Assembly: GCF_044704955.1 (NCBI RefSeq)
Contig: NC_091995.1
Coordinates: 45,818,001 to 45,882,000, forward strand
Direction of reading: 5' to 3'
Source of the DNA: Pristiophorus japonicus
Taxonomy: Eukaryota
Length of the DNA: 64,000 nucleotides
Shown: piece by piece, positions 35,076 through 47,801 of the stretch
Position numbering within the stretch: the stretch's first letter is position 1
Layout of the letters: each line of letters begins with the position of its first letter
The notes under the pieces: model-generated
The model's input: the letters and a program-made list of their open reading frames with translations, nothing else
Database searches by the model: none
Told to the model about the DNA's origin: nothing
Translations under genes and position numbers: made by a program

Positions 35076-36924
35076 ACAAGCTCCTCAGCTTCTCACCGAA
35101 TAGCTGTTGGCAGGGCTGTTCCCTCATAATGGCCAGTGTGTGCAGCATGCAGCAAACTGCCACAAATCTTGATACCCGCTCAGCTGAGTACAGTAGGGCT
35201 CCTCCAGAATGGTCCAGGCAGCTCAAATCTTGCTCGAGGATGCAGATGCTGTGGTCTGTGATATTTTTGTGCCAGCATGGTTCTCATGGCTGGCCATGCT
35301 GTGTATATGGGCGTGGGTGCCGGACCGGAGTCATGAACCATATCATCAGTGGAATTGCCGTGGTTGGTCGAAAACCGCTGTCACAGAGGACTATCAGAGA
35401 ATAGAGGAATCATGACTACTGCCAGGATAACGAACATTCACTTGCATGAAGCCTGGCTTGCGGTCACACAACAGATACACATTAAGGGAGTGGAATCCAT
35501 TCTGGTTCATGAAAATTGCCGAGTTGACATGAGGCACACACAAGGTATGATGCGTGGAGTCAATGACACCCTGAACCAGTGGGAAACCTGCAATCAGTGC
35601 AAACCCTTGTGCTCTATCGGTCTGCTGTCAGTGGGAAGAGGGAATGAGCTGAAGCTGCCTGTCTTTGTATAAAGAGCCTCACTGAACTCCCTTCTGCAGC
35701 ATTATACTGCAAACTGTGAGAGATTGCTTATACCGACAGGAGCATCCTGGAAGGAGCCAGAATCACAGTCACCTTGCCAGCCACATGCAATGTGGCCCTT
35801 GCCCTGCAAACCACTTTACCAAAATGACGGTTGGAGCATTTCTTGTTGGATGTATATGTGCGCATCTTGGAAATCATTTTAGAGAGATAGGAGGCCGCAA
35901 AGCCCCTAACCATTGGTGCAGAATTGCCCGCTATTGTAGGCTGCTTCTGAGAGCTTGGCTATATTGGTCAGTCTAAAGTCTGCAGATGATTAGCTTTCCT
36001 GATGGAGAACAGCACGCACATCCGAAGATTATTTTATTATCTGCAGGTGTTAATGTAGTCTAGTGTGTTGCTGCACGCAGAAAGTGTGTCCCACATGCTC
36101 CTCCCAAAAGATTAGGTTTTGCAGAAGCTGCAAAGTTACTGATCTGTTAACTTCGCTGTAAGTATCTGAGTTGAATAATTTAGGTTCGGCGGCAGTTAGG
36201 CAACAATAACCTGCTCATTGATGTCCAATTGGGGTTCCGCCACGACCGCTCACCTCCAGACCCCTTTACAGCCTTGGTACAAATATGCACAAAGAGCTGA
36301 ATCCCAGCGGCGAGTTAAGAGTGACTGTCCTTGACATCAAGACAGAATTTAAACGTGTGTGGGACCAAGGAACCCTAGTAAAATGTGAAATTTATGTGAA
36401 TCAGGGGAAAACAGTCAAGGAAGATCATTGTGTTTGTTAGAGGCCAATTATCTCAGCCCCACGACATCCCTGCAGGAGTTCCTGAGGTCAGTGTCATAGG
36501 CCCAAATATCTGAAGCTGTTTCATCAATGGCATTCCCTTCATTACAACATCGTGTGTGGGATTGTCTGCTGCTGATTGCACAGTGTGCAGAACCATTGCA
36601 ATTCCTCAGAAAATGATGCAGTCCGTGCCTGGATGCAGCAAGAGCTGGACAACATCCATACTTCGGCTGATAATTGGCAAGTAACATACACGCTGCACAA
36701 AGCGAGGCAATGACCAACTCCAACAAAAGAGAGACAAACCACCTTCACTTGGCATTCAACTGCATTACCATCATCTAATCTCACAGCATCAACTTGCTGA
36801 GGTTGAGCACTGACCAGAAACGTAACTGGACCAGCCTCATAAATACTGTGGCTATAATAGTGGCTCAGAGAGTGGGTATTCTGTGGCAAACGCAAAATAC
36901 TGCTGGAATCTGAAATAAAAACAG

Positions 36925-37121
36925 AAACATAGAAACATAGAAACATAGAGAATAGGTGCAGGAGCAGGCCATTCAGCCCTTCGAGCCTGCACCGCCATTC
37001 AATAAGATCATGGCTGATCATTCAACCTCACTACCCCTTTCCTGCTTTCTCTCCATACCCCTTGATCCCTTTGGCCACAAGGGCCATATCTAACTCCCTT
37101 TTGAATATATCTAACGAACTG
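36925..37121 (-). mobile_element. CR1 3' end inserted in the Penelope repeat
   Basis: (CATAGAAA)n tail plus 3' UTR closely matching 29941-30128. Confidence 0.88.
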
Positions 37122-37173
37122 GGGGTGCTGGAAATGTCAGCGGATCAGGCAGCATCTGTGGAAAGAGAAACAG

Positions 37174-37210
37174 AGTTAACGTTTTAGGTCGATGTCCCTT
37201 CGTCAGAACT
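37174..37210 (-). ncRNA. Degenerate minimal hammerhead ribozyme motif (copy 1)
   Basis: Minus strand AGTT-CTGACGA-AGGGAC-ATC-GACCT-AAAAC-GTTA-ACT; the GAAA box is mutated to AAAA. Confidence 0.55.
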
Positions 37211-39516
37211 GGCAAATGTTCGAAATGAAGAGATTCTGATGGAGCACTTGGAGTGGGAGGGGAGGACAGAACATAGGGAAGGTCTGTGAATGGGCAGAAG
37301 ACAGGAGAGGTTAGAGGGACAAAAGGGGTGATGGGCCGACTTGAGATGGTAATGGCAGAAGTTAGAAAATGATTAGTTCAGATAGAGTGTGAATGGCGGA
37401 ATAATTACCAGCTGCCCTGGGAAACGGAGAGAAAAAATACATAATTTTGGCAGAGGGTTAAAAAAGGGAGGAAAGGCAGCAAAATGTGGGCAGAGGTTAT
37501 GTCTGAAATTGTTGAACTCGATGTTGATTACAGCAGGCTGTAAAGTACCAAAATGAAAGATGAGGTGTTGTTCCCGAGGTTGTATTGAGCTTCATTGGAA
37601 CACTGTCGGAGGCTGAGTACAAAGAAGTCAGAGTGGAAGTAGAGCAGGGAAGTAAAGTGACAGGCGACCGGAAGCTCGGGGTCACATGTACGAACATTTT
37701 CTAGTTCAAGGCGAGAGCAGGAAACGGCACCGATACAATCATCAATGTACCGGAAAAAGAGGTGAGAGGGGGACAAGAGTAGGACTGGAACTAAGATTGT
37801 TCCACATATCCCACGAAAAAGCAGGCATAGCTTGGACCCATGTGTGTTCCCATGGCAACACCTTTAATTTCGCTGAAGTGAGTGGAGTGAAAGAAGAAGT
37901 TGTTCAACGTGAGAACAAGTTCACCAAACAGGGGAGGTTGTCGATGGATGGGGACTGGTTGCGCCTCTACTCGAGGAAGAAGTGGAGCGCCCTCAGGCCA
38001 TCCTGGTGGGGGATGGAAGCGTAGATGGATTGGAAGTCCGTAGCAAAAAGTAGAGAGTTGGAGCTGGGAAATGGAAACTGTTAAAGTGACAGAGTGGGTG
38101 GCAAGAGTGTGGACAAGGGGAGAGAAAATTGAGTCGAGATAGGAATAAATAATTTCCGTGGGGGAAGAACGGGCTGAATGGGTCTCTCGGGATAGTCCTG
38201 CATGTGCAGCTGGGGAAGGTGGTACCAGCGGGATGTGCAGGGTTGGGGGCCTATGAAGTTGGTGGCTGTGGAGGAAAGTTCTCCAGAGAAAATGAGTTCA
38301 GCGATGGTCTGAGAAATTATGAATTGATGTTCGGTAGTGGGGTCATGGTCCAGGGCGAGGTAGGAGGAGGTGACAGAGAGTTGGCGATCAGCATCTGCAA
38401 GGTAGAGGTCAGTTTGCCAAACAACAACAGGGCCACCTTTGTCAGCAGGTTCAATGACAATGTTGGGGTTGGATCTGAGAGAGCGGAGTGCTGCAAGTTC
38501 AGTGGGAGGTAGGTTGTAGTGAGTGAGGGGAGCAGCTTATTTGAGATGGTCGATGTCCCATCGGCAGTTTATAATGATGAAGTCTAGAGAGTGTAAGAGG
38601 CCAGTGGGAGGAATCCATGTAGAGCGAGATTTCTGAAAACTGGAGAAAGGTTCAGCTGTGCGGGGGGGAAGAGTCCTGCCTGAAGAAATGGGAATGGAGG
38701 CGACGGCAGTGGAAAAATAGCTCACCATCATGCCGCACACGAAATTCATAAGCGGATGAAGCTCAGACCTTTGTGAGGACTGATCATTTGGGGTCAGAGA
38801 GGGGATGGTCAGAGAAGATAGGGAAAATACGGCAGGGGTGAGATCGGAAGAGAAGATAGGATCAGAGGGAAGTGTGGGGAAGAAAGTTCCAGAGGGGTGT
38901 TGGTGTCCAAGAGTTGTTGAAGTTTACGATCCTTGACAGAAGGAAATGAAGGAAAAAAGTTTTTTGTTAAAGTGCTGATTGAGGCTAATGTTGAAATGGA
39001 ACTGCAGACCAGGACAGCTTAGAGAAAGCGTGAGTTGGTGCTGCTGAAGAGAGAGGTCGAGAGTGTGCATGTGGCGGGACATAGCATTGAATGTGGATCC
39101 CAGGATGCGGTGGAAGCAGTGGTTGGAGGAACGCTGAATATCTCAGAGTTTGCTGTAATCCTGGTTGGATTCAAAACATGAAGGGTGGAATTTCAGTTGG
39201 AATCCACATGAATTAAGTCGCAGGCGAAGACAGTTACTGAGGAACGAGATATGGCTGTGAAAGCGGGCTTTGGTAGATACTTGATCAAACACGAGAAGGG
39301 AAACAGAAAGCAGCGATTAAAAAGGTAAAAGAGATAAACGGAAATCCCATCAGAGGGAAGATCAGACATTCTTCAGGCGGGCATTCCGAGAAGAGAAGTG
39401 GCAGTGAATAAAACACTAATATAAAAGCAGAATAATGTGGAGGCTGGAATCTGAAATAAAAACAGATAATGCTGAAAATCTCAGCGGGTCAGGCAACATC
39501 TGTGCAGAGAGAAACA

Positions 39517-39553
39517 GATTTAAGGTTTCAAGTCAATGACCCTTCGTCAGAAC
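39517..39553 (-). ncRNA. Degenerate minimal hammerhead ribozyme motif (copy 2)
   Basis: Minus strand AGTT-CTGACGA-AGGGTC-ATT-GACTT-GAAAC-CTTA; core boxes intact, stem III mutated. Confidence 0.55.
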
Positions 39554-41167
39554 TGATGATTATTCCAAATGAACAGATGCTTAAGGAGCACTAAAAGAGA
39601 GAGGGATGGAATGGACAAAAGGGAATGTCTGTGATAGGGTGGAAGACAGGAGAATTTTGAGAGACAAAAGGGATTTTGGGCCGACTTGAAATGTTAATGG
39701 CATAAGTTAGAAAATATTAGTCTAGACAGGATGGGAATGATGGAATAATTACCAGCAGTCATGGGAAACAGAGGGAAAAAATACATAAGATCTGTGGGGA
39801 TGAGGGATGGGAAGGGGGGGTTAAAAAAGGGATAAATGGTTTTCAGTGGCGATTGACTCACCTCCTGACTCGCCAGAGTCTTTACAACACCTATAAGGCA
39901 CAAGTCAGGAGTGTGATGGAATAATCTGCACTTGCCTGGATGCGTGCAGCTCCAGCACTCAAGAAGCTCTAAACTATCCAAAAGAAACACTTTGCTTGAT
40001 CAGCACACCATTCACCACCTTAAAAATGCATTGCCTCCACCAATGGCACAAAGTGGCTTCAGTGTGTACCATCTACAAGACACTCTGCAGAAACTATTAA
40101 AGGCTTCTTCGGCAATAGCTCGCAAACACATGACCCCTATCATCTAGAAGGACAAGGGCAGCAGGCACAAGTGAACACCACCATTTCCAATTCCCCTTCA
40201 AGTCACACAGTATCCCGACTTGGAAATATATAGCCGTCACTTCATCGTCGCTGGTTCAAAATTCTGGAACTCCCGACCTAATAGCACTGTGGGACTATCT
40301 TTACCGCAAGGATTGCAGCCAGCCACCATCTCAAGCGTAATTGTGATCGGCAATAAAAGTTTGTCTTCCCTGAGATGCTCACATCCCCTGACTGAATAGA
40401 TAAAAAGTCACAATTATGTGCTCGGTGATATTCAATAATTAAGCATTTTAAAACGGATTACCACATGTGACTTGCTTCAACAGGCTTAGGATCATCACTG
40501 TTATAGACATCATGACATTTCCTTGAAGATACAGCCACATGAATTCATCCCTGGCCGCGAGATGTGTCTCTGGAAAATTAAACATTACATCGCATAAAAA
40601 GTACCTATTACATCATAGAATTTTGGAATATCACCATCTGAATAGGCAGCAATATGTCCATCTGAATCTGCACCAGCATGCATCAAAATATCTTTCCAAA
40701 CCTTCTTTGTTCAAAGGCGATCAGCTCACTGAGGCATTCAATTAAAGAGTTGATATTCTCTGCTTCTGTTTTGGCCCCATTACTTCTGCTAATTTGCGTG
40801 AAGCAGGATCAGTAATTACCACCAATTTTGGAAACGAACACTAAAGATCAGGTGTGATGCCCACCAACTTTATATGATTATATGTAAAACGTAAAGTAAC
40901 GGCCGGCAGTTGAATTCACAGGCTAAATCTAACGGTCAGAGTTTAATCACTGTGGATATATATCACAATATATCGACAGGGTAACTCACAACAGGATGCC
41001 GTATAATGTACTTTAATTCCAGCAGTTATTTACTCTACTGGGGCAAGCTACCCTGCAATGGGAGAATTGATTATACGGTTTTATAAGCCACAGCGATTTT
41101 GGGATGAAAAAACAATCTTCCACAGCCTTTACCCAGGCTGGATAATGAACATTTCTACTCAACCCAT

Positions 41168-42697
41168 GGGAGTAGAAATTCCGATGTCCCAGGCCCATAC
41201 GAAGTTTCTACAGATCCGGGAAGGCATCAGAAATCCGTTTTCAGCGCGCAATGTGCATCAGCTGAAAACGGGCTTTTCCGATCTGTCAATGAGCTTGACA
41301 GATCATAGACATCTCGGGAGCGAGGACATTTCTTGTGCAAGATTGCAGGACTTACCCAGAAAATGTCCTCAAAAATCTTGCACTTGATAAAAGCAGGTGC
41401 AGAGCCTACTTTTACAGGTGCATGTGATTTAAAATATACAAAAACACGATAAAATTGAATTATAAACACATATTTTATTGTTGAAAACCCTCTCCATTAA
41501 GGTAAGTTTATTTTTAACCATAATTAAAAAAACTTTTTTTAAAAATCGGGAAAATATTTTATTTTTATAAGACATAATGGGGTAGAAATTCCGACATCCC
41601 CAGGCGCGTACAAAGTTTCTACGGACCCGGGAAGGCATCGGAAAAGCTGGTTTTCAGCACACAATGCGCATGTGCTGAAAACCGGATTTTCTGATTTGTC
41701 AAGGTGGAGCTTGACATATCGTAGCCAGATCGGGAGCGAAGACATTTGTACGTGCAAGTTTGCAATATTTACAAATATGTTGCCCAGCAAATGTCCTCAA
41801 AAATCTAGCGCCTGAAAAAGCAGGCACATCATCATCTTTTAAGGGCACAAGTATTTTAAAACACACAAACATAATAAAAATAACGTTCTGAAAACATATT
41901 TTATTGTTAAGAAACCTTCCACACAACGGTAAGTTTATTTTAAGGCATAATTAAAAAAACTTTTTAAAAAATCTGGAAACATTTTTTTTATAAGACATTA
42001 ATAACTTTAATTTAAATGAATCTTAAATATATAGTGCATATTTTCTGTTTTTTATTCGTGTTTTGGGTGTTTGGGAGGGATTCTCATTCATAGTAATAGG
42101 AGCTTCGGACTTACAAAACTCCTATTAATATGAATGTGAATATACTATATCTGATTGGCTGCCCAGAGCCATGTGTTCCAGCTCCAGGCCTGCGCACGTC
42201 TGGACGTGCATGCACTGCGATGCACAGGGAGAGGAGGTCTGTGGATTGGAAAGTCGAGTGGGCACAGCAGCTTCAGGTAGGTACGCATTTTTTCTCTAAA
42301 ATGTAGTAGAACACCCGAGGGAAGGAGAAAACGGAATTTCTATGCCATTAACATTAATGTCAATTAATTTTAAATACGTGTGGTCTGTTTTTTATTTTAT
42401 ATTATTTTGTGTGTTTGGTTTTGTTCCCTTTAATATCACTGAGAACTCGTAGATACGCGAGTCTTAGTGCTATTAATGGAAACCTGTGAAACACTTACCT
42501 GATTGGTTGAGCAGTCACACGTGACTGCATCTTCTGTGTGGGTACCCTCCAGATGGGAGCACGCTGCACAACGCGGGAAGAGAAGGCCTCCCCACCAGAA
42601 TCCATGGCGCCTCCTAGATCACCAGGTAGATTCATAAAAATTCTCCGGTGAGGAGGCAATTGCCCGCGGGAAGACCTCGAAAAGAATTTCTGAGCCC
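41168..42697. mobile_element. Two related MITEs, one (41579-42346) nested inside the other
   Basis: Homologous left ends GGGAGTAGAAATTCCGA (41168) and GGGGTAGAAATTCCGA (41579); right ends GGAATTTCTATGCC (42346) and AGAATTTCTGAGCCC (42697); AT dinucleotide flanks both. Confidence 0.8.
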
Positions 42698-43319
42698 ATA
42701 TTTCCAGTCAGGTTTAAATGCAAGTCAAACCTGAGTCGTGATGTGACATGGAAATGTATCCAGCTACAGACATTAACTTGAAGTCAAATAAATGGGAGAA
42801 GGACAAACCTTATAGCTTGTGAGAAAATGTTTTTAATGTCTATATATAATTGCATCTTCCACTAAAATTTGCCTTAATCATTGCACAATCCGAAAGATAA
42901 ATAATTTACCTCAATCACTTGTCAATCCATATGCACTGGCTGTTCAACTAGGCTGTTCACTTCACTAATCATCTGTGTTTTGTTCTTGCTTTATTTCCAA
43001 ACAAACGGCCAGAGAAAAGCCAATAAACCCTCTACAGATTCGATATTTCCTTTTGTACAGCCTGACAGATCTGCACATTTAAGGTCACCTCTGCCACAGG
43101 AACAATAGACTTCCCATTATGGTACAATTTGGTGAATCTAATTTTAAATCAAATTTGCCCTTATTATTTGAAATTAAGTACCATTAAACAAAAAACAAAT
43201 CTTACTTTGTTATAGATTTACGGCAAACAAGTCTGGTCCAACTGTTTCAACATGGTCAGTTTATCAGTGGTCGCTACTATCAATTCGGTGTTAGAATCTG
43301 AGGTCATTTTGAGGTCACA

Positions 43320-43800
43320 TTGACATGGGTAGGGAATCTGTTGGGAAGAGTAGGTAGAGAGCAGTGATAATGGGTGTGTACTCAGAATGAGAGGATGTGA
43401 CTAGTGGTGTGTTCAGGGAACTGTACTGGAGCCTCAGCTTTTCGCTAAATTTATAGTGACATAGATGATGGAATATAGAGCCATATAGCCACATATTCAC
43501 GTTTGCTGCTGACACCAAGGTGGGACAGTAAATAGTGTAAATGGGAGCAGATGGTTGCAATGGGTAATTAATACATTAAATGAGTGAGAAATTCTGTGGC
43601 AGATGAAGTTTAACCAAGGGAATTGTGAGGTCATCCACTTTGGACATAAAATATATATCAGAATATATTCTAAATTGTAAGCAGATGAAAGCTGTGGAGG
43701 AGCAGAGAGATTTAGGGTTACAAGTACAGAAATTACTTAAAGCTAGTGGGCAGGTAAAAGAAACATAATCAAAAAGCATCTTGGTTCAGTAGATCAGCAA
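43320..43800 (+). mobile_element. Old CR1 RT fragment
   Basis: VTSGVFREL, FAADTKVG, CEVIHFG-like text. Confidence 0.75.
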
Positions 43801-43802
43801 CT

Positions 43803-44101
43803 NNNNNNNNNNNNNNNNNNNNNNNNNNNNNNNNNNNNNNNNNNNNNNNNNNNNNNNNNNNNNNNNNNNNNNNNNNNNNNNNNNNNNNNNNNNNNNNNNN
43901 NNNNNNNNNNNNNNNNNNNNNNNNNNNNNNNNNNNNNNNNNNNNNNNNNNNNNNNNNNNNNNNNNNNNNNNNNNNNNNNNNNNNNNNNNNNNNNNNNNNN
44001 NNNNNNNNNNNNNNNNNNNNNNNNNNNNNNNNNNNNNNNNNNNNNNNNNNNNNNNNNNNNNNNNNNNNNNNNNNNNNNNNNNNNNNNNNNNNNNNNNNNN
44101 N
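43803..44101. other. Assembly gap (299 N)
   Basis: Run of n characters; order and orientation across it depend on scaffolding. Confidence 1.
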
Positions 44102-44219
44102 TGCCTTTCATGACCACTGGACATCTCAATGCGCTTTACAACCAATGAAGTAATTCTGGTGTGTAGTCACTGTTGTAATTTGGGAAACACGGCAGCCAAT
44201 TGGTGCAATAAGAAATAAC

Positions 44220-47060
44220 AAGGGGCAGAAAACAGTAGCAGATGTAGCTTATAGGCCCCTTAACAACAGCTGCACCTTTGGACAGAGTATTAACAGAGAA
44301 ATAATAGGAACTTGCAACAAAGATAATATAATAACCATTCGGGAGTTTAATCGAATATAGATTGGTCAAATCAAATTATCAATGGTAGTCTGGAGGATGA
44401 GTTCATGGAATGTATTCAAGACAGATTTCAAGAACAATTCTTCATAGAAGTAACCAAGGAAGAGACTATTATAGATCTTGTTCTGTTTAATGATATGATT
44501 AAATAGTAAAGGACCCTCGAGGAAAGAATGATCATAATATGATAGAATTTCACTCTGAGTTTGAATGTGACATTCTTAAGTCCGACACTAGAGTCTTAAA
44601 CTTAAACAAAGTCAATCATGTAGGTATGAGACGTGAATTGGCTAAGGTAACTTGGAACATTAGATTAAAAGTTATGACAATAGATAAGCAGTGGCTATTA
44701 TTTAAAGAAATATTCCAACATTCTCAACGAATATACTTTCCATTGAAAAATAAAAAAACTTCACTGGAACTGTGATCCGTTAGTGGCGAAGTAAAGAAGT
44801 TCAAGATAATATTAGATTTAAAAAAAGAAGCATATAATTTTTCAAAGAGCAATAATAAGCCTAAGTATTTGAAAAATGCAAGGGATGATCAAAAACTTGA
44901 AAAAAGGGATAAAATATAATGAGAGCAAATCAGCAAGAAATAATTAAACAGATTGTAAGAACTTCTACACGTATGTAAAACGGAAGTGAGTAGAAAATAA
45001 TCGTTGGTCCCTTAAAGGCTGAGGCAGGAGAAATTATATTGGGAAACGAGGAAATGGCAGTATTTAAACAAATATTTGGTATCTGTCTTCATAGTAGAAG
45101 GCACAAAATGTATACCAAAATGAGTGGGTAACCAATGGGCTAATGAGAGTGATAAATTTAAAGTAATTAATATCATGATGTGCACTTAAAGTGCCGTAAT
45201 CTACAGGGATCAAGAGTTGGAAAGTGGGATTAGGCTAGATAGCTCTTGGTAGGCTGGAGCGGACATGATGGGCCAAAATGACCTCCTTCTGTGCTGTAGA
45301 TTTCTATGATTCTATGATCAGTAGATATAAAGTACTTGAGAAACTAATGGAATTAAACACCTACAAATCCCCTGGACCTGATGGCCTACATCCGAGGGTT
45401 TGAAAAGAGGTGGCTGCAGAGATAGTAGGTGCATTGGTTGTGATTTTTCAAAATGTCCTAGATTCAGGATAGATCAGTGCAGATTGAGATGTAGCAAATA
45501 TAACCTTGCTGTTCAAGAAAGGAGCGAAGGAGAAAACCTGAAACTACAGGTCAGCTAGCCTGACATCATCGTCAGTAAAATTCTAGAATCCATGATTGAC
45601 TCAACATGGTTTATGAAAGGAAAATCATGTTTAATTCATTTATTAGAGTTTTTTTGATGTAACTGGCAGGTAGATAAAAGGGAACCAGTGGATACAGTAT
45701 ATAAGTTTGCAGATGGAGTATTATTTCAGGAAATGTGAGGTTATTCAATTTGGTAACGAATAGAAAAACAGAATATTTTTTAAATGGTGAAAAACTATTA
45801 AATGTTGGTATTCAGAGAGATTTGGGTTTCCTAGTGCAAGAAATAGAGAGTTAACATGCATGTGCAGCAAGCAAATAGGAATGCAAATGGCACACTGTGC
45901 ATAATTGCTGGAGGGTTGGAGTACCAGAGTAAGGAAGTCTTGCTACAGTTGTACATGGCTCTGGTGAGTCCATACCTGGAATACTGTGCATAGTTTTGCT
46001 CTCCTTATTTAAGGAAGGATATAATTGTCTTAGAGGCGGTGCAATAAAGATTCATTAAATTGATCCCTGGGATGACAGGATTGTCCTATGAGAAGAGATT
46101 GAATAGATTTGGCCTATACTCTATCGAGTTTCAAAGAATGAGTGGTGACCTAATTGAAACATTTAAGATTCTTAGGCGGATTGATAGGGTGGATGCTGAG
46201 AAAATGATTCCACTGGTTGGAGAGTCTAGAACTAGGGGCCATAGACTCAGGATAAGGCGCTGGCCTTTTAAGACTAAGATGGAGGAATAATTCTTCACTC
46301 AGAGGGTTGTGAATCTTTCTAATTCTCTGCACCAAAGTGCTGTGGATGCTCATTCATTGAATATATTCAATGCTGAGATAGATAGTTTTTAGAACTCCAG
46401 AGGAACTAAGGGATACGGGGATAGGGCAGGAAATTGGAGTTGAGGTGGAAGATCAGACATGATCTTATTGAATGGTGGAGTACACTCGAGGGGTCGTATG
46501 GCCTACTCTTGCTTCCAATTTGTATGCTCTTCTGTTTTTAAAACGCCTAATGGAATGTTGGCTTTATCTTTGGGGGCCGGAATACACAGGGAGCAAGTGG
46601 TGTTACAGTTAGATACAAATCTGGTCAGCCCCCATTTAGAGAACTGCGATCAGTTCTGGGCACCTAAAGATTGAGGGTGAGGAAGTAGTGTCTCAAACGA
46701 GCTTACTATGCTTAAACACACACACACTCTCTCACAAGTGGCCTTGGAGGAGGGTACAGCGCAGATTCACAAGAATAATGCTGGGCAAATTATGAGGGCA
46801 GATTGCACATACTAGGTTTGTATTCCCTTGAGTGTAGAAGATTACAGGTGACCTGTCTGAGGTTTTTAAGATAAATAAAGGCGTTGAAAGGGTAGATAGA
46901 GAGAAACTATTTCCTCTGGTGGGGGCATGACTTTAAAATGAGAGCTCCACGGTTCGGGGATGATTTGCAGAAACAGCTCTTCACACAAATGATGGAAGAA
47001 ATCGGAAACTCTCTCCTCCAAAAAGTTGTTGAATTTAGATTAACTGAAATGTAAAATCTG
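44220..47060 (+). mobile_element. Decayed CR1 LINE with a nested CR1 tail (45180-45318) and a trailing older CR1 fragment
   Basis: Endonuclease-end motif (NDHNMIEF), KSPGPDG, HGFMKGKSC-like, EFQRMSGDLIETFKIL, 3' UTR near 46510; TTCTATGATTCTATGA tail at about 45315. Confidence 0.85.
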
Positions 47061-47801
47061 AGATTAATATCTACATAAACTGTGTCCTGGTCCAAATTCT
47101 GGCTCGACAGCCAGCATGATGTCTCCTTAAATTTGATTGCCAAAAATACCAACATCCCTTCCAAATGGAAATTTAGATCCGCATCTACAATCATCTTGTT
47201 CACACGTTATATATCAGTCCAGACCCTTGTCTCTTTCTCCTCCTGCCAACGCCTTTTGATGCTGAAATCCAACATCTCAGCATAACTGCGGGGCTGGTGA
47301 TGTGTGTACAACTGACTATATCCCTTTCTGTGTCTCTCTATGAATGCACTTCGATATCACGTGCACAGCACAGCCTCCTTATATTGATATTATGCACAGT
47401 ATACATGAAAACAGAAAGAAATATGATGTATCGAACATTTACGTGGCATTAATCCACTACAATTTGTACAATAATTTCATTAAATGACTTATGTACACCG
47501 ATAAATGAGTATCTTCAACTTCAGGAGTATGTACCATTAATTTACCAGTGCAGGTCTCAAAATGTTTCTGTTTAAAATTTTCCAACGTGAAATGTTATTG
47601 CAAAATATCTTACTCTCTAATCAGTAGCAGTAAATATGGCTCAGCTGAACCTGTTTGTTCAAATGACTGAAACTAATGCCAATCATTTTGTAATGTTCAT
47701 ATGTCACTTGAGGTTTCTGTCAGGTAAAATAAGAGCTTATTTCGAAAGCAAAAGATCAGCCTGTTCATAACAGTTACTGTCAACATCACTTCTCTACGAA
47801 T

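Larger units (their letters stand above)
33290..35930. mobile_element. Harbinger transposon relic: Myb/SANT-like last exon (+) convergent with a HARBI1-type DDE transposase (-)
   Basis: Plus 33300-33800 is homologous to the 31250-31720 exon. Minus 35785-35110 reads SGSFQ, IAGFPLVQGVIDSTH, NGFHSLNV, RYPGSSHDS, LDHSGGALLYS, VCCMLH; C-terminus EEIINERY* near 33930. Confidence 0.82.
36888..39845 (-). mobile_element. Penelope-like retroelement with directly repeated terminal segments
   Basis: Minus-strand RT motif FFRYIDDCIG and GIY-YIG-end motif LPVACHF; 36890-37500 is repeated at 39420-39840 (partial-tandem structure). Confidence 0.85.
36200..40410 (+). mobile_element. Old CR1-group LINE 3' half split by a Penelope insertion
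   Basis: RT text 36200-36887 (LDIK, VPEVSVIGP, ADCT) resumes at about 39846 (YKAQVRSVME) and ends GATGCTCACATCCC..AATAGATAAAAAG; GTGGC at both junctions. Confidence 0.72.

Noticed and set aside
34216-35404. Extensin- or formin-like proline-rich ORFs
   Set aside because: They translate a CCT repeat; the real homology is the antisense transposase relic.
29682-35930. Domesticated HARBI1/NAIF1/MSANTD host genes
   Set aside because: Multiple stops, frameshifts and nested insertions fit decayed transposons.
43786-44145. ORFs spanning X residues
   Set aside because: Artefact of the N gap.
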